This document shows, in pieces, positions 1 through 11,959 of a stretch of 64,000 bases of DNA. Below the pieces are notes generated by a model, which did no database searches, was not told where the DNA came from, and saw only the letters and a list, made by a program, of their open reading frames with translations. How positions within the stretch are numbered: the first letter of the stretch is position 1; each line of letters begins with the position of its first letter. The DNA lies in assembly GCA_050331235.1 (NCBI GenBank), contig JBHJHA010000035.1, positions 79,311 through 143,310 on the forward strand. Direction: 5' to 3'. This DNA comes from Leptolyngbyaceae cyanobacterium. Lineage in GTDB: Bacteria; Cyanobacteriota; Cyanobacteriia; Phormidesmidales; Phormidesmidaceae. The position numbers and the translations under genes are program-made.

Positions 1-878
<878 letters not shown>

Positions 879-1360
879 AGAAGCTGCTCCTTAAAGATCA
901 CGATTTTCGGTCGCTGAGCTCACCGTCAACGCTGACCGGACAGGGCCCAATGCCAAAGTTTGGACGCACAATCGGTCGCTGTCCAATCCATCTGGATGTG
1001 CATGATACAACTTATTGGCTGGAGTCGCCGTGCGATCGCTGCACCCATGCCCCAAAGCTCTGAGTTGCCGGTTTTGCCCAGTCTGTTCACACTGGCTACC
1101 CGATCTCGCTGCGATCAGACTGCGTTAGTCAGGGGTCAATCGAGTTGATCAGGACGCAAACAAACATCGGCCGTGGGATGGTTTAGACCGTATTTGAGCT
1201 TGCTGTGAGGGCAAGACGCGACTGAAGTTCGCCCGTGGATTCAGCTTTCTTCATCAAGATCACCGCCGGGGGTGGCAGCTTTGGCGGAGCAGACGGGCAT
1301 TTTGAGAGGGGTGCTCAGGGCAAAAACGAGGGTGTAAAGGTGGGTCTCTAAGGAGCAAAT

Positions 1361-2413
1361 ATGAGTAGCGATCGCATACGGTTGGCGCAGTTTGGGGTGG
1401 GCCGCTGGGGCAATCATCTGTTGAGAAATTTTCTGGCTTTGCCCGCGGTCGACGTAGTGGCAGTGGTAGAGCCGCGCCATGACCAGCATGGCGCGATTCG
1501 CGAGAGGTTTAACTTGGGACCGGCGGTTGACTTAACGACAGATGCGGCCACGGTGCTGACACGCGGGGATGTGGATGCGGTGGCGATCGTCACGCCTGCA
1601 GCGACGCACTATGAGCTCATCAAAACTGCCCTCAAAAATGGCAAGCATGTCTTAGCTGAAAAGCCGCTGACCTTGGATGTGCGCGAGTGTGAAGAGCTCT
1701 GTGAACTCGCAGCCCAGGAAGCACTGCGGTTGATCATTGACCATACTTACCTATTCCATCCGGTGGTGCAGACGGGGCACCAGGTATTGGCCAAGCAGCC
1801 GCTAGGGCCCCTACGCTATGGCTATGCCACGCGCACTAATTTGGGCCCGGTGCGACCCGATGTCGATGCCCTCTGGGATTTGGCGGTGCATGATATTGCG
1901 ATTTTTAATTACTGGTTGGGGGAATTGCCCACTCAGGTTGTGGCCCAGGGGCAGATATGGCTGCAGGGCGATCGCCCTGCAGCTCCCCATTTTCCCCAGG
2001 GACTTGCCGATGTGGCTTGGCTGCGCCTGGTTTACCCCAGCGGGTTTGAGGCGACAATTCACGTCTGCTGGGCCAACCCGGATAAGCAGCGGCGATTGGG
2101 CATCGTGGGCGATCGCGGCACGCTCATTTTTGATGAAATGCAGCGGGACACCCCCCTGGTTTTACAGCAGGGGGAGTTTGCCCCACAGGGCCGCTATTAT
2201 GTGCCCCAGGGATTAGACCGCCAGGCGATCGCCATTCCCGATGGCGAGCCGCTAACAAATGTGTGGCAGCATTTTGTTGATTGTCTGAGCAAATCGGTGG
2301 ACTCGCCCGTGTCGTCGGGGCAGGTGGGTGCTGATTTGGTGGAGATTTTGGTGGCGCTCTCTCAGTCCCTCAACCAGGGGGGCCGCCCGATTAAAGTGAA
2401 CGAAGTGGTTTAA
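1361..2413 (+). CDS. Gfo/Idh/MocA family oxidoreductase
   Basis: GVGRWG Rossmann motif, GKHVLAEKP motif and DLAVHD; AGGAG RBS upstream. Confidence 0.92.
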   Translation: MSSDRIRLAQFGVGRWGNHLLRNFLALPAVDVVAVVEPRHDQHGAIRERFNLGPAVDLTTDAATVLTRGDVDAVAIVTPAATHYELIKTALKNGKHVLAEKPLTLDVRECEELCELAAQEALRLIIDHTYLFHPVVQTGHQVLAKQPLGPLRYGYATRTNLGPVRPDVDALWDLAVHDIAIFNYWLGELPTQVVAQGQIWLQGDRPAAPHFPQGLADVAWLRLVYPSGFEATIHVCWANPDKQRRLGIVGDRGTLIFDEMQRDTPLVLQQGEFAPQGRYYVPQGLDRQAIAIPDGEPLTNVWQHFVDCLSKSVDSPVSSGQVGADLVEILVALSQSLNQGGRPIKVNEVV

Positions 2414-2475
2414 CCTTCGACATCCAGGCCGCAGCATGTGCCATCTTGAGAGGGTGTGATCAGAGGAGCAGCAGC

Positions 2476-3606
2476 ATGTTCCAGGGGCTATGGACCTGGT
2501 TAGAGACGCGATGGGTTGCCCCAGCCTATGCCGGTGGGGTGCTGCTGGGGGTGGCGATCGCCTTTTTTGGGGCAGCGGTCAACAGCATGGCGGGATGGCT
2601 CTATGCCATCAGTGGCGTCATGAGCGCGATCGCGCTGATTAATATTTGGGCATCTCCCCGCAGTCTGCGAGGGGTACAGGTGCAGCGTCAGCCCATTTGT
2701 CCCGTGAGTGTAGGGGAACTGCTCATGGTTGACCTGGAGGTGGAAAATACTACCCCGAGGGCGAAGGTGCTCCTGCAGATTCTCGATCAATTACCAGCGG
2801 CCTTGGGCCAGCCAGCTGAGCTCTCCATCTCGACGCTATCGGCGCATCAGCATCAGCGCTGGCGTCATACCTGCCATCCCACCCGCCGCGGCATTTATAC
2901 CTGGGAAACGGTGAGCTTGCGCACCGCCGCCCCCTTTGGCCTGTTTTGGTGTCAGCGCCAGCGACCCGCTCCGGCCCACGCCACAATTTATCCCCAGATC
3001 TTGCCCCTGCCCCAATGTCCGCTGATTGACCACCTGGGGGTGGCTTTGGGAGGGCGCTGGCAATCTTCCCGTCAGGCCCAGCAGGCCAGTCAAGGGTTGA
3101 CCCGAGCGGTGCGGCCCTATCGCTGGGGCGATCCGACTCGGCTGATCCACTGGCGGACCAGTGCCCGCTACGGTGAGTTGCGGGTGCGTGAGCTCGAAGA
3201 GCAAACGGCTGATAATCAGGTGATTATTGGGCTTGATACCCGCGATCGCTGGACGCCGGCAGCGTTTGAATCCGCCGTGATTGGGGCGGCCAGTCTCTAC
3301 ATTTATAGCTTGCAGCGGCAGCTCTCGGTGGCGCTTTGGCTACCTGACACGGGCTTGCTCGATCATAAGCACGCCGTTCTCTCGGCCTTGGCTGAGGTGA
3401 TGCCAGACCGTCCTCAAACCCAGCGTCTCCCTGCCCAACCTCTGATTTGGCTGGGCGCAGCACCCCCCTCTACCCTGCCCGATGGGAGTCTCTGGGTGCA
3501 GTGGCGAGAGGCCACCAGGGCGCAACCGGACTCCCGCTTGAAGCCGACGTTGACGATTGATCCAGAGCAAGATTTGGCTGAGCAAATGAACGCTGAGCTG
3601 CGGTAA
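2476..3606 (+). CDS. DUF58 domain membrane protein
   Basis: Two N-terminal TM segments and the VRPYRWGDPTRLIHWRTSAR...VRELE signature. The ATG at 2476 follows a GGAG. Confidence 0.88.
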   Translation: MFQGLWTWLETRWVAPAYAGGVLLGVAIAFFGAAVNSMAGWLYAISGVMSAIALINIWASPRSLRGVQVQRQPICPVSVGELLMVDLEVENTTPRAKVLLQILDQLPAALGQPAELSISTLSAHQHQRWRHTCHPTRRGIYTWETVSLRTAAPFGLFWCQRQRPAPAHATIYPQILPLPQCPLIDHLGVALGGRWQSSRQAQQASQGLTRAVRPYRWGDPTRLIHWRTSARYGELRVRELEEQTADNQVIIGLDTRDRWTPAAFESAVIGAASLYIYSLQRQLSVALWLPDTGLLDHKHAVLSALAEVMPDRPQTQRLPAQPLIWLGAAPPSTLPDGSLWVQWREATRAQPDSRLKPTLTIDPEQDLAEQMNAELR

Positions 3607-3639
3607 CGCTGTTTAGATATAAGGGGAGACGCCAAATCT

Positions 3640-4107
3640 GTGGGGGTGAGCTACCGTAGCGACACCGATGTCTCAGATGGATGGATGAGTCCCATGGCCC
3701 GACTTAAATCATTGGGGGCAGGTGTACTGCTCCTGTTGGGATTTTGGGGTTTGGGGAGAGCCGCTGACATGGGCCTCAACCGGAATCCCAACGTGCTAGA
3801 AAAACGCGAGACGATCGCCGCTGGTCTTTTACTCGGCCTACCTGCGACGGTGGGGGGTGGCTGGCTGCTGTGGCACAACCGTCGTCAGCAGCGGCTGCGA
3901 CAGGCACAACACCTAAGGGCGACCTTTTTTACGCTGCTGCAGGCAAAACAGGGCAAAATCACGCCATTAGCTCTGGCCATGGCGGCCAATGTGGAAGGGG
4001 CGATCGCCACCGCGTATCTCCGAGATCGCAGTCTTGACTTTGATGCAACCTTTCAAGTCGATGCGGAGGGCAACGTGGTCTACTGCTTTCCGGTGGAGAC
4101 GAGCTAA
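3640..4107 (+). CDS. hypothetical membrane protein (2 TM plus a C-terminal helical domain); start uncertain
   Basis: Two hydrophobic segments followed by GKITPLALAMAAN...FDATFQVDAEGNVVYCF; directly follows the DUF58 gene. Confidence 0.7.
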   Translation: MGVSYRSDTDVSDGWMSPMARLKSLGAGVLLLLGFWGLGRAADMGLNRNPNVLEKRETIAAGLLLGLPATVGGGWLLWHNRRQQRLRQAQHLRATFFTLLQAKQGKITPLALAMAANVEGAIATAYLRDRSLDFDATFQVDAEGNVVYCFPVETS

Positions 4108-4189
4108 CTTGAGAGGTTGACTATTCTGACGATGGCTAATATTGGGCTGATCCTGATTTGTGGCTGTCGGACGACAGAGGCTCTAGGAA

Positions 4190-4302
4190 TAATACCCATT
4201 CTTTGTAATCGCTACAGATTTAACGATCCCCCGCTGTCGCTGCCCCTTGAAAAAGGGGCTTTGAAGGATCTATGTATAGTCGTGATTTGCAGGATTCGTA
4301 TA
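4190..4302 (-). mobile_element. about 113-bp MITE-like dispersed repeat, copy 1
   Basis: Reverse complement reads TATACGAATCCTGCAAATCACGACTATACATAGATCCTTCAAAGCCCCTTTTTCAAGGGGCAGCGACAGCGGGGGATCGTTAAATCTGTAGCGATTACAAAGAATGGGTATTA and aligns end to end with 24240-24355 and 43563-43677. Confidence 0.85.
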
Positions 4303-4651
4303 AAGCCTTGGCTCATCCTCCTGCTTGACCATGGCTCTACTCCTAGCTGACCAGCAGCAAAGAGCCATCCGATCCCAACCCAGTCACCCTCAAAAGCTTT
4401 GATCTCCTACCGATCCTCCCTTCTGCGAGGTCCAGGACGGCGGACTCGTCCTGGACGAGGGGGGCTGGGGGAAATCGAAATTCCCCCAGTCAGCCTGACT
4501 GCACCTGATCCGAATTGAGATCGGCCCAGGATGTAACGTCTTCCCTAACAGAATTAGGGTGCTCTCACGGTCGGTGAAGCCGCATTGGCTTAAGATTGAG
4601 CCATTTGCCCGGTTCCTTTGTGGGCAAGTCGATGCTTGCTTTTCCACCGCT

Positions 4652-5128
4652 ATGGCCCATTCATCTCCCCAGCCTCATCCTTTGCTCACAGCAGCCGCGA
4701 TCGCTGCGATGCCAGAGGAGACTTTTGTTCATCCGCTCAATGAAAATGCCGTGCGCCATACGCGATCGCTGGCGGCGGCCACAGGCTGTTTACATCTGGG
4801 GGTGCATTTGGTGCGGGTGCTGCCAGGGCACGACTCAACCGCCTATCACCGTCACCGGGGCGAGGAGGAATTCATCTACATTCTTTCAGGGCGTGGCACC
4901 ACTACGATTGGGGCGGAAACGTTTGAAGTGCAACCAGGGGACTTTATGGGCTTCCGCCCGGATAGTCCAGCCCATGTCATGCACAACCCTTTTGCGGAAG
5001 ACTTGGTGTATCTCGTCGGGGGCTACGACCTCGATTATGACGTGGTGGAGTATCCCCATCATGGAACGCGGATGTATCGTGTGGGCGATCATCGTACCTA
5101 CGAGCCGTTGTCAGGGGACTCAGCCTGA
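4652..5128 (+). CDS. cupin domain protein
   Basis: Cupin metal motifs HRHRGEEEFIYILSGRG and PGDFMGF...AHVMHN. The ATG at 4652 is preferred over the track's GTG at 4559. Confidence 0.88.
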   Translation: MAHSSPQPHPLLTAAAIAAMPEETFVHPLNENAVRHTRSLAAATGCLHLGVHLVRVLPGHDSTAYHRHRGEEEFIYILSGRGTTTIGAETFEVQPGDFMGFRPDSPAHVMHNPFAEDLVYLVGGYDLDYDVVEYPHHGTRMYRVGDHRTYEPLSGDSA

Positions 5129-5286
5129 ACTGTTGTGAGTTGAGGGACAGCTTGACAGGATTTTAGGAACAGGATGCCCTGGCTGAAATGGCAAACGGTG
5201 GCCAGGATCGATCATTTGAGGGGGCTGACGATGGGCAAGGGGGCGATCGGGTAGAGTGATGGGTGTTGTCTCAAGGAAAACCCCCA

Positions 5287-5637
5287 ATGCCGCTCATCAA
5301 AGTTCAAACGTCACTTCCCATGCCTGACAAAGCTGAAGTTGAGGCAATGCTCAAGGAACTTTCTAGCAGCTTGGCGTCTCACCTGGGCAAACCCGAATCC
5401 TATGTGATGACAGCCTTTGAAGGCGATATTCCCATGACTTTTGCCGGTACGACCGAGCCAGTTTGCTTCATCGAGATTAAGAGCGTTGGCAAAATGGGGA
5501 CGAAGACCCAGGCCATGAGCAATGATTTTTGCGCCAAGGTTGAGGATGCCTTAGGCGTGCCCAAAAACCGCACCTACATTGAGTTTGCCGATGCGGCCGG
5601 AGCCATGTGGGGCTGGAACGGCACCACGTTTGGCTAA
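5287..5637 (+). CDS. MIF (macrophage migration inhibitory factor)/phenylpyruvate tautomerase family protein
   Basis: Starts MPLIKVQT, giving the catalytic Pro1 after Met removal; also LGKPESYVM and a C-terminal WGWNGTTF. Confidence 0.93.
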   Translation: MPLIKVQTSLPMPDKAEVEAMLKELSSSLASHLGKPESYVMTAFEGDIPMTFAGTTEPVCFIEIKSVGKMGTKTQAMSNDFCAKVEDALGVPKNRTYIEFADAAGAMWGWNGTTFG

Positions 5638-5652
5638 GATGGCATCCGTCTT

Positions 5653-7614
5653 TCAAAAGGGGACGTCCTTGCCCGGAGATGAAGATGGCTTAGCCTGCCG
5701 CCCATTGCCAGCTTGGGTAGCTGGGTCAGCCGCTTCATCCTCCTCAAGGTTGACGATCTGACCGTTGAAAAACTCTGCAAAGCTTTTCACCGCGCGGTCA
5801 ATGTCTGACTCTGAACGCCAGTTTTGGGTGCCCGTGGGTGGAGGGGGCTCTGCGGCAGGTGTCGTGGGAGTCAGCGAGTCAACCCCAGACGGAGAGTTGG
5901 CGATCGCCTCGGCAGGCGGCGGTGAAATTGCGGGAGCGCTCGTCGGTGATGGTGCTGGGGCAAGCGTCGTTGGCGTCGGGGCGGCTGGCGCTGGTGTCGG
6001 GGCCGCGCTACCGGGAGGGGCAGCCGCGACCTCTAAAGAAACTTTGACTGGCTGGTTGAGCAACTGCTGAAACGCGGCTTCGATATTGGGCAGTTTACTT
6101 TGGGCCATTTTAAGCAAGTTGTGGGACTTGATGCCCACTCGGGCAGCCCGACCGCTATAGCTGATCAAATGGCCTTGCTGCTGGAGCAGCGCCCGAGTGC
6201 CCATAGGTTTGACGTTGGCAATAATTTGCGTCCAGAGCGTGACCAAATCAGGGGTGCTCTCGGTGGCGTTGGGGGCGACTGGTGCTGGCTCTACTACCGG
6301 TTCTTCGGGTGGGGGGGATACCGCTGGCTGCGCCTCTGAGGCAGCGGGGCTGGGTGGGGGCGCTGAAGTAATAGTTGAAGCAGGGGGTGGAGTCGGCGGG
6401 GCTGGGGACACTGGAGCCGGCGGATCGGTGCGAGTTGTCGCTGCTTTTGGCGGCGCCGCTGGGCGTGGGGGCGCGGCAGCGACGGGAGCGGGCGCGATCG
6501 CCCCGACCGATGGCGTCGGGACCTGGGCAGAGGGCAGCAGACTCATTAATGTGACTTCCAGCCAGAGTCGCGGCTGAGTCGTGTTGCGCAGTTGAGTTTC
6601 AGCTTCACGCAAAGTTTTTTGTCCGGCCAGCAAAAGCGGCAGTGCCACCGACTGGCCAAATTCCTGCATGGCGGCCCAAGTAGGCGGCGTCACCGGCACC
6701 AAATCAGCCCGAGCCCCCGCTGTTTTGGCAATGATCAAATCGCGGTAAAACCCCGCGAGATTTTGCAGCACGACCATGGGCTCACGGCCTCGATCCATCA
6801 GCCGCCGGACCGTATCTAGCGTGGTGATGCTGTCATCGGCGGCGATCGCTTGCACCAGGGAGAGCAAGTCGCACTCGGGCACCGCCCCCACCAAATCCCA
6901 AACTTTTTCCGCGTCGATCGGGGGCTCCAACAAACTGAGCTGGTCGAGTAAACTCTGGGCATCCCGTAGTCCCCCTTGGGCAATTTGCGAGACTAAGCGA
7001 ATTGCCGCTTCGGTAATCTCGATGTCTTCCCGTTGAGCGATCGCCTGGAGATGAGTCACCATCGCCTCTAAGGGGATGCGGCGAAAGTCGAAGCGCTGGC
7101 AGCGGGAGATGATGGTTGGTAACACCCGCTGCGGATCCGTGGTGGCCAGCACAAAAATGACATGCTCAGGAGGTTCTTCTAGGGTCTTCAGCAGCGCATT
7201 GAACGCCGCCGTGCTGAGCATGTGGCACTCGTCAATGACGTACACCTTGTAGCGGCATTGCACGGGGGCAAACTGAGCCCGTTCAATCAGCTCCCGAATA
7301 TTGTCAACGCCGGTATTGCTGGCGGCGTCAATTTCCACAATGTCGAGGATAGATCCGGTGCTGATGCCGCTACAGACCTCGCTCTGACCTCAGGGTTGGG
7401 GGGGCGGGGTGGATTGGTTGAGACAGTTCAATGACTTGGCGAGGATGCGCGCGCTGGAGGTTTTGCCCGTGCCCCGTGGGCCACAAAAGAGATAGGCTGG
7501 GGCGATGCGCTGCTGCTCTAAAGCGTGGCTGAGGGTTTGGGCGATCGCATCTTGTCCCACCAGCTCAGTGAAGGTTTGCGGTCGGTATTTGTGGTGCAGT
7601 GGCTCATATCCCAT
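5653..7614 (-). CDS. dnaX: DNA polymerase III subunit gamma/tau, interrupted by one in-frame TGA at 7390-7392 as sequenced
   Basis: [13 protein letters not shown], Walker [24 protein letters not shown] and TIISRCQRF, then a Pro/Ala linker. The two track ORFs (7390-7614 and 5653-7338) are in the same frame, separated only by the TGA. Confidence 0.95.
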
Positions 7615-7667
7615 AGCTATACGATACCGGGAGAGTTGAGCCGACGTGGGAAAATCAGATAAAGGTT

Positions 7668-9311
7668 TTATGCGCTGTCTTGGGCGAGGAAGGCCTGCCA
7701 GTTTTGCAGCGCCGCCGCATCGGAAATCACGGCCCGCTGGAGCAATACCAACCCATTGTTGGCATCGATCAGTCCATACTGCTCACTCTCAATCAGACTG
7801 TTGATAAAAGGAACGAAGGTTTCATACCGATCGCGATCGCGACCAAACGCCACTTGATAACGCCGCAACCGCCAAAAGTCAGCGGCGATGTAGTTCACCG
7901 TTGTGGGGACACCGGCATCATTGGCGTAGTCTAGGCGGGGCATGCGCAATACAGCGCGCCGACCAGAGAGATGGGGCACGATGTAAGTGGAAGCGGTAAC
8001 GCTGGCTTCAGCAGGAATTTGGGCCAGTAGGTTGTTGATCGCGCCGGCTCGCTGCCACTGGAGCGGTAGCGGCACATATACCCACGGCTGAAAGGAGTCG
8101 GGAATGGCAAAGGCAAAGGCCCGACTGGGATTAGCTAAAGGGACGATGATCAACGAGATAACGAGGCAAACGCTCCAAAATCGGCGAAAGTTGCGAGCAG
8201 GCGATCGCCCCGAAAGCGCTTCTAAAGGCTGACCAAACCGGCGTATCCCTTGTCCCGCCCACCACAGAATGGTGCCGTAAAACATCCCTGGAACGACATT
8301 TAGGGCATAGCGAATGCTGGTATCCAGGCCAGAATCACCGTCAGTCAAGGTCAGCTTGAGCAGTGGTGGCCCCGACATAATCCAGGTGGTGGGCGATAGT
8401 GCTGGAATGAACGCCAGCGGCAGCCAGTGACCTACCAGATACTCCACCGTGCCGCCCAGGGGTGAAAAGAGCTCTCTGATTAACAGTCCTGGCTGGGAGA
8501 TCATGGCCCAGATGACCTGCAAGGTAGAGGCTTCTTCGCGATCGATGTATTGCCCAAACTCCTCGATCATGAAGCGCTTGGAAATATCGTCGGAAAAGAG
8601 GGGCATCAGAACGTTGGTCACCAACACAAAATAGCCAACGCTCAGCCCACACACTCCTAGGCCCAGCCAGGGATGGCGACGACTGGTCAAGAGATAGGCC
8701 CCCACACCAAAGAGGGCGATCGCGCTATCCTCGCGCACCGCCAAAATCGCGATGCACAACAGCCCTACCAATCCCCAACGCCGATACTCCATCGCCAATA
8801 GCAGGCCGAAAATAAACAAGGGAATTTGTCCCAGGTCATGGAAGTTAGCGAGATAAGGATTCAGCACGGCGATCGCGCCGTAAAAGCTCACCATGATCGC
8901 TAGCGACAAGCGATGGACTAGGTGCTTGCGCGCCAGGCCGTACAGCAGCAGTCCTGCAATTGTGGCAAAAGCCGCCTGCAAGATTGACAAGGTCACCGGT
9001 GAGGGAAGCAGGCGATAAATCGGCCACCAAATCAGTAGAGCTGGGGTAAAGTGTTGCCCCAATCGGCGATAGTCGACCCGCGGCAGCTCACCCCCATGGA
9101 TGACGTTTGTCGACAACTGTGACGACAGTGTGCTTTGAAAGAAGTTGCCGTGGGCGTTGTTCCAAAACACTTGGTTGAAAATGCCCTGGTCGTAGGAGGC
9201 GTAATAGGTGAAATAGCGGTGCAGCAACAACCCGGCCATGAGTAGAAAAAAGCCCAGGGCGATCGCCATGACTCGCCGTGTATCCGCTTCTTTACGCCAA
9301 CTCAACAACAT
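7668..9311 (-). CDS. DUF2079 family membrane protein (GT-C-like glycosyltransferase candidate)
   Basis: Multi-TM protein with [22 protein letters not shown] and REDS motifs. Confidence 0.8.
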   Translation of the reverse strand: MLLSWRKEADTRRVMAIALGFFLLMAGLLLHRYFTYYASYDQGIFNQVFWNNAHGNFFQSTLSSQLSTNVIHGGELPRVDYRRLGQHFTPALLIWWPIYRLLPSPVTLSILQAAFATIAGLLLYGLARKHLVHRLSLAIMVSFYGAIAVLNPYLANFHDLGQIPLFIFGLLLAMEYRRWGLVGLLCIAILAVREDSAIALFGVGAYLLTSRRHPWLGLGVCGLSVGYFVLVTNVLMPLFSDDISKRFMIEEFGQYIDREEASTLQVIWAMISQPGLLIRELFSPLGGTVEYLVGHWLPLAFIPALSPTTWIMSGPPLLKLTLTDGDSGLDTSIRYALNVVPGMFYGTILWWAGQGIRRFGQPLEALSGRSPARNFRRFWSVCLVISLIIVPLANPSRAFAFAIPDSFQPWVYVPLPLQWQRAGAINNLLAQIPAEASVTASTYIVPHLSGRRAVLRMPRLDYANDAGVPTTVNYIAADFWRLRRYQVAFGRDRDRYETFVPFINSLIESEQYGLIDANNGLVLLQRAVISDAAALQNWQAFLAQDSA

Positions 9312-9545
9312 GCTGTGACTGCCAATCTGTATTGATGGAAAAACGCCTGCTCCGTAGAATAGCGTTTCTTTGACTGCCCCCTTACAAAATGTATGAATGT
9401 GTGGGGCGGTATCTCAGTTACGGAGTCCAGGATGAACCCCCATTCCCCGTTGAGTTCCTCTACTGCTTGTTGCCCATTGTAGTGCTGTTAGCAGGAATAA
9501 TTGCGGAGCTGATATAAGGTGAGCGGTAATGCAATGAGCCGGGCA

Positions 9546-10040
9546 ATGAGCAACTATCCAAGAGCGTTCTCACATATCGGGATTTCTGTACCCAATGTCG
9601 AACAGGCCGTTGAGTTTTATCAGGCGGTCATGGGGTGGTATCTGATTATGCGACCAACCGTGATCACCGAAGAGTCGGCCACTTCTATCGGTCAGATGTG
9701 CATAGATGTCTTTGGCACTGGCTGGGGATCATTCAAAATCGCGCACATGTCTACTGGCGACAGAATTGGCGTGGAAATGTTTGAGTTTCAGAACAATGAG
9801 AAACCAACGGATTTTGAGTACTGGAAAACCAGCACATTTCATTTTTGTATACAGGATCCAGATATTGAAGGTCTAGTGGAAAAAATTGTTGCCCACGGTG
9901 GTAAACAACGCATGCCTATTCGTGAATACTATCCCGGCGAAAAGCCATACCGCATGGTTTACGTCGAAGATCCATTTGGCCTCATTTTTGAAGTTTATTC
10001 CCATAGCTACGAACTGACCTACTCGCAAGGCGCTTATTGA
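9546..10040 (+). CDS. VOC/glyoxalase (lactoylglutathione lyase-like) protein
   Basis: YPRAFSHIGISVP...VEMFEF...FHFCIQDPD...EDPFGLIFEVYS, paired VOC metal ligands. Start could be 9519, 9534 or 9546. Confidence 0.9.
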   Translation: MSNYPRAFSHIGISVPNVEQAVEFYQAVMGWYLIMRPTVITEESATSIGQMCIDVFGTGWGSFKIAHMSTGDRIGVEMFEFQNNEKPTDFEYWKTSTFHFCIQDPDIEGLVEKIVAHGGKQRMPIREYYPGEKPYRMVYVEDPFGLIFEVYSHSYELTYSQGAY

Positions 10041-10189
10041 CAAGACCGTTTCTCACGTAGATTCTCTCTGTGATTGGATAATTGGCTCGCAATATCGAGG
10101 TATGGCCGGGTTTGACTAAGTAGGACAGATTTCCCTGGAGAAGCGGCTTGGTCGTCTAGGATGGGGAGAGATCTGAAGTTGGCATCGGC

Positions 10190-11959
10190 ATGGCGCGTTC
10201 AAATCAGTCTGCCCAGGGAAACTGGCATCTCAAGAAACTGGGGGAATATCTGCGCCCCCATTGGAAGCAACTAGGCTTAGGGATCGCTGCGCTTTTGCTA
10301 GTCAACCTTGTCGGCGTGCGGATTCCGCTATTGATTCGTGATGGTATTGACGAGCTGCAGGTCACCTTTAGCTTTAACCAGATTGCTTACTACGCCATTG
10401 TGGTGCTAGTGCTGGCGTCATTAATGTGGGTCATGCGTATGGCCTCTCGTATCTGGATTTTTGGGGTGGGGCGGCAAGTCGAGTTTGATCTAAAGCAGCG
10501 CATCTTTGAACATTTGCTCAAGATGGAGCCCAGTTACTTCGCCACCAATACCATTGGCGAACTCATCAGTCGGGCAACTAGCGATGTGGATAATGTGCGG
10601 CGCTTAGTCGGATTTGCGGTGCTGAGTCTAGCGAATACGCTATTTGCCTATGCCTTTACTGTGCCGGTGATGCTGTCACTCAGCGTACGGTTGACTGTCG
10701 TGGCTTTAGTGGTTTACCCGGTGATGTTGATCTTAGTGCGGTTGTTTAGCGATCGCCTCCGCAACCAGCAGCTCCGGGTGCAGCAGTCAACGTCGCGGCT
10801 TAGCGAACTGATTCAGGAAGATCTCAGTGGCATCTCGCTGATTAAGATCTATGCCCAGGAAGAAAACGAGCGCCAGGCCTTTGCTGAGCTCAATGACGAT
10901 TTGCTCGACGCCAACCTCACCCTAGCCCGGACCCGGAATACCTTGTTTCCCTTGCTGGGCGGCCTAGCAAGTATTAGCCTACTGTTGATTCTGGCGACGG
11001 GGGCCGGAGCGATTGCCGACGGCTTCCTGTCCGTTGGTGACTTCGTAGCCATGGTGTTATATGTGGAGCGGCTGGTCTTTCCCACTGCGCTGCTGGGCTT
11101 TACGATTACGGCCTATCAGCGGGGCGAGGTCAGTATTGACCGGGTCGAGGCGATTCTCGCGAGTGAGCCCAAGATTTTTGATGCCTCGACTGCGCAGCCG
11201 CTGCCGGAAATAATCCAGGGACGGCTGCAGGCAAAGGATTTGAGCTTTGCCTATGCTGATGGCTCGGTGCCTGCGTTGAATGGTGTTTCGTTTACCATTC
11301 AGCCGGGGGAAACGGTTGCTATTGTGGGACCGATTGGTTCAGGCAAGTCGACTTTGGCGAATGCCCTACCGCGACTGCTCGACATTGAGCCGGGGCAGAT
11401 TTTCCTCGACGGTCAGGACATTACGGACATGCCGCTGGCCAATTTGCGCTCTGCGATCGCCTACGTTCCCCAGGAGAGCTTTCTCTTTAGCACCACCATT
11501 AATAACAACATTCGCTATGGCGAACCGTTGGCCGAATTAGCAGAGGTTCAACACGCGGCCAAACTGTCTCAAATCGCGCCGGAAATTGACAACTTTCCCA
11601 AGCAATATGACACCGTTGTTGGCGAACGGGGCATTACACTATCGGGCGGGCAGCGACAGCGCTCAGCCCTGGCGCGGGCGCTGATATTAGAAGCACCTGT
11701 TGTCGTGCTAGATGATGCCCTTTCCAGTGTTGACAATCAAACCGCCACCGATATTTTGAACAACCTCAAAACGGGAACGCAAAATCAAACGGTGATTTTT
11801 ATCTCCCATCAAATGGGCGTGGCGGCTCTGTCTGATCGCATCATGGTGATGGATCAAGGGAAAATCGCTCAGATCGGCACCCATGACGAGCTTGTGCGAC
11901 AGCCGGGGCTGTATCAGGAACTCTGGGAGCAGCACAAGCTGGAAGAAGTGCTGCTGTAG
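10190..11959 (+). CDS. ABC exporter, fused permease and ATP-binding domains (MsbA/MdlA-like)
   Basis: N-terminal TM domain, GPIGSGKS, LSGGQRQR and VVVLDDALSSVD. Confidence 0.95.
   Translation: MARSNQSAQGNWHLKKLGEYLRPHWKQLGLGIAALLLVNLVGVRIPLLIRDGIDELQVTFSFNQIAYYAIVVLVLASLMWVMRMASRIWIFGVGRQVEFDLKQRIFEHLLKMEPSYFATNTIGELISRATSDVDNVRRLVGFAVLSLANTLFAYAFTVPVMLSLSVRLTVVALVVYPVMLILVRLFSDRLRNQQLRVQQSTSRLSELIQEDLSGISLIKIYAQEENERQAFAELNDDLLDANLTLARTRNTLFPLLGGLASISLLLILATGAGAIADGFLSVGDFVAMVLYVERLVFPTALLGFTITAYQRGEVSIDRVEAILASEPKIFDASTAQPLPEIIQGRLQAKDLSFAYADGSVPALNGVSFTIQPGETVAIVGPIGSGKSTLANALPRLLDIEPGQIFLDGQDITDMPLANLRSAIAYVPQESFLFSTTINNNIRYGEPLAELAEVQHAAKLSQIAPEIDNFPKQYDTVVGERGITLSGGQRQRSALARALILEAPVVVLDDALSSVDNQTATDILNNLKTGTQNQTVIFISHQMGVAALSDRIMVMDQGKIAQIGTHDELVRQPGLYQELWEQHKLEEVLL

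Noticed and set aside
879..1360. glmS ribozyme, psaC or rnpB upstream of glmS
   Set aside because: No ribozyme core, no CxxCxxC ferredoxin-type ORF and no GAGGAAAGTCC RNase P signature were found.
7200..7260. Possible DnaX intein or programmed frameshift
   Set aside because: [16 protein letters not shown] is uninterrupted, and the break between the two dnaX ORFs is an in-frame stop rather than a frameshift.
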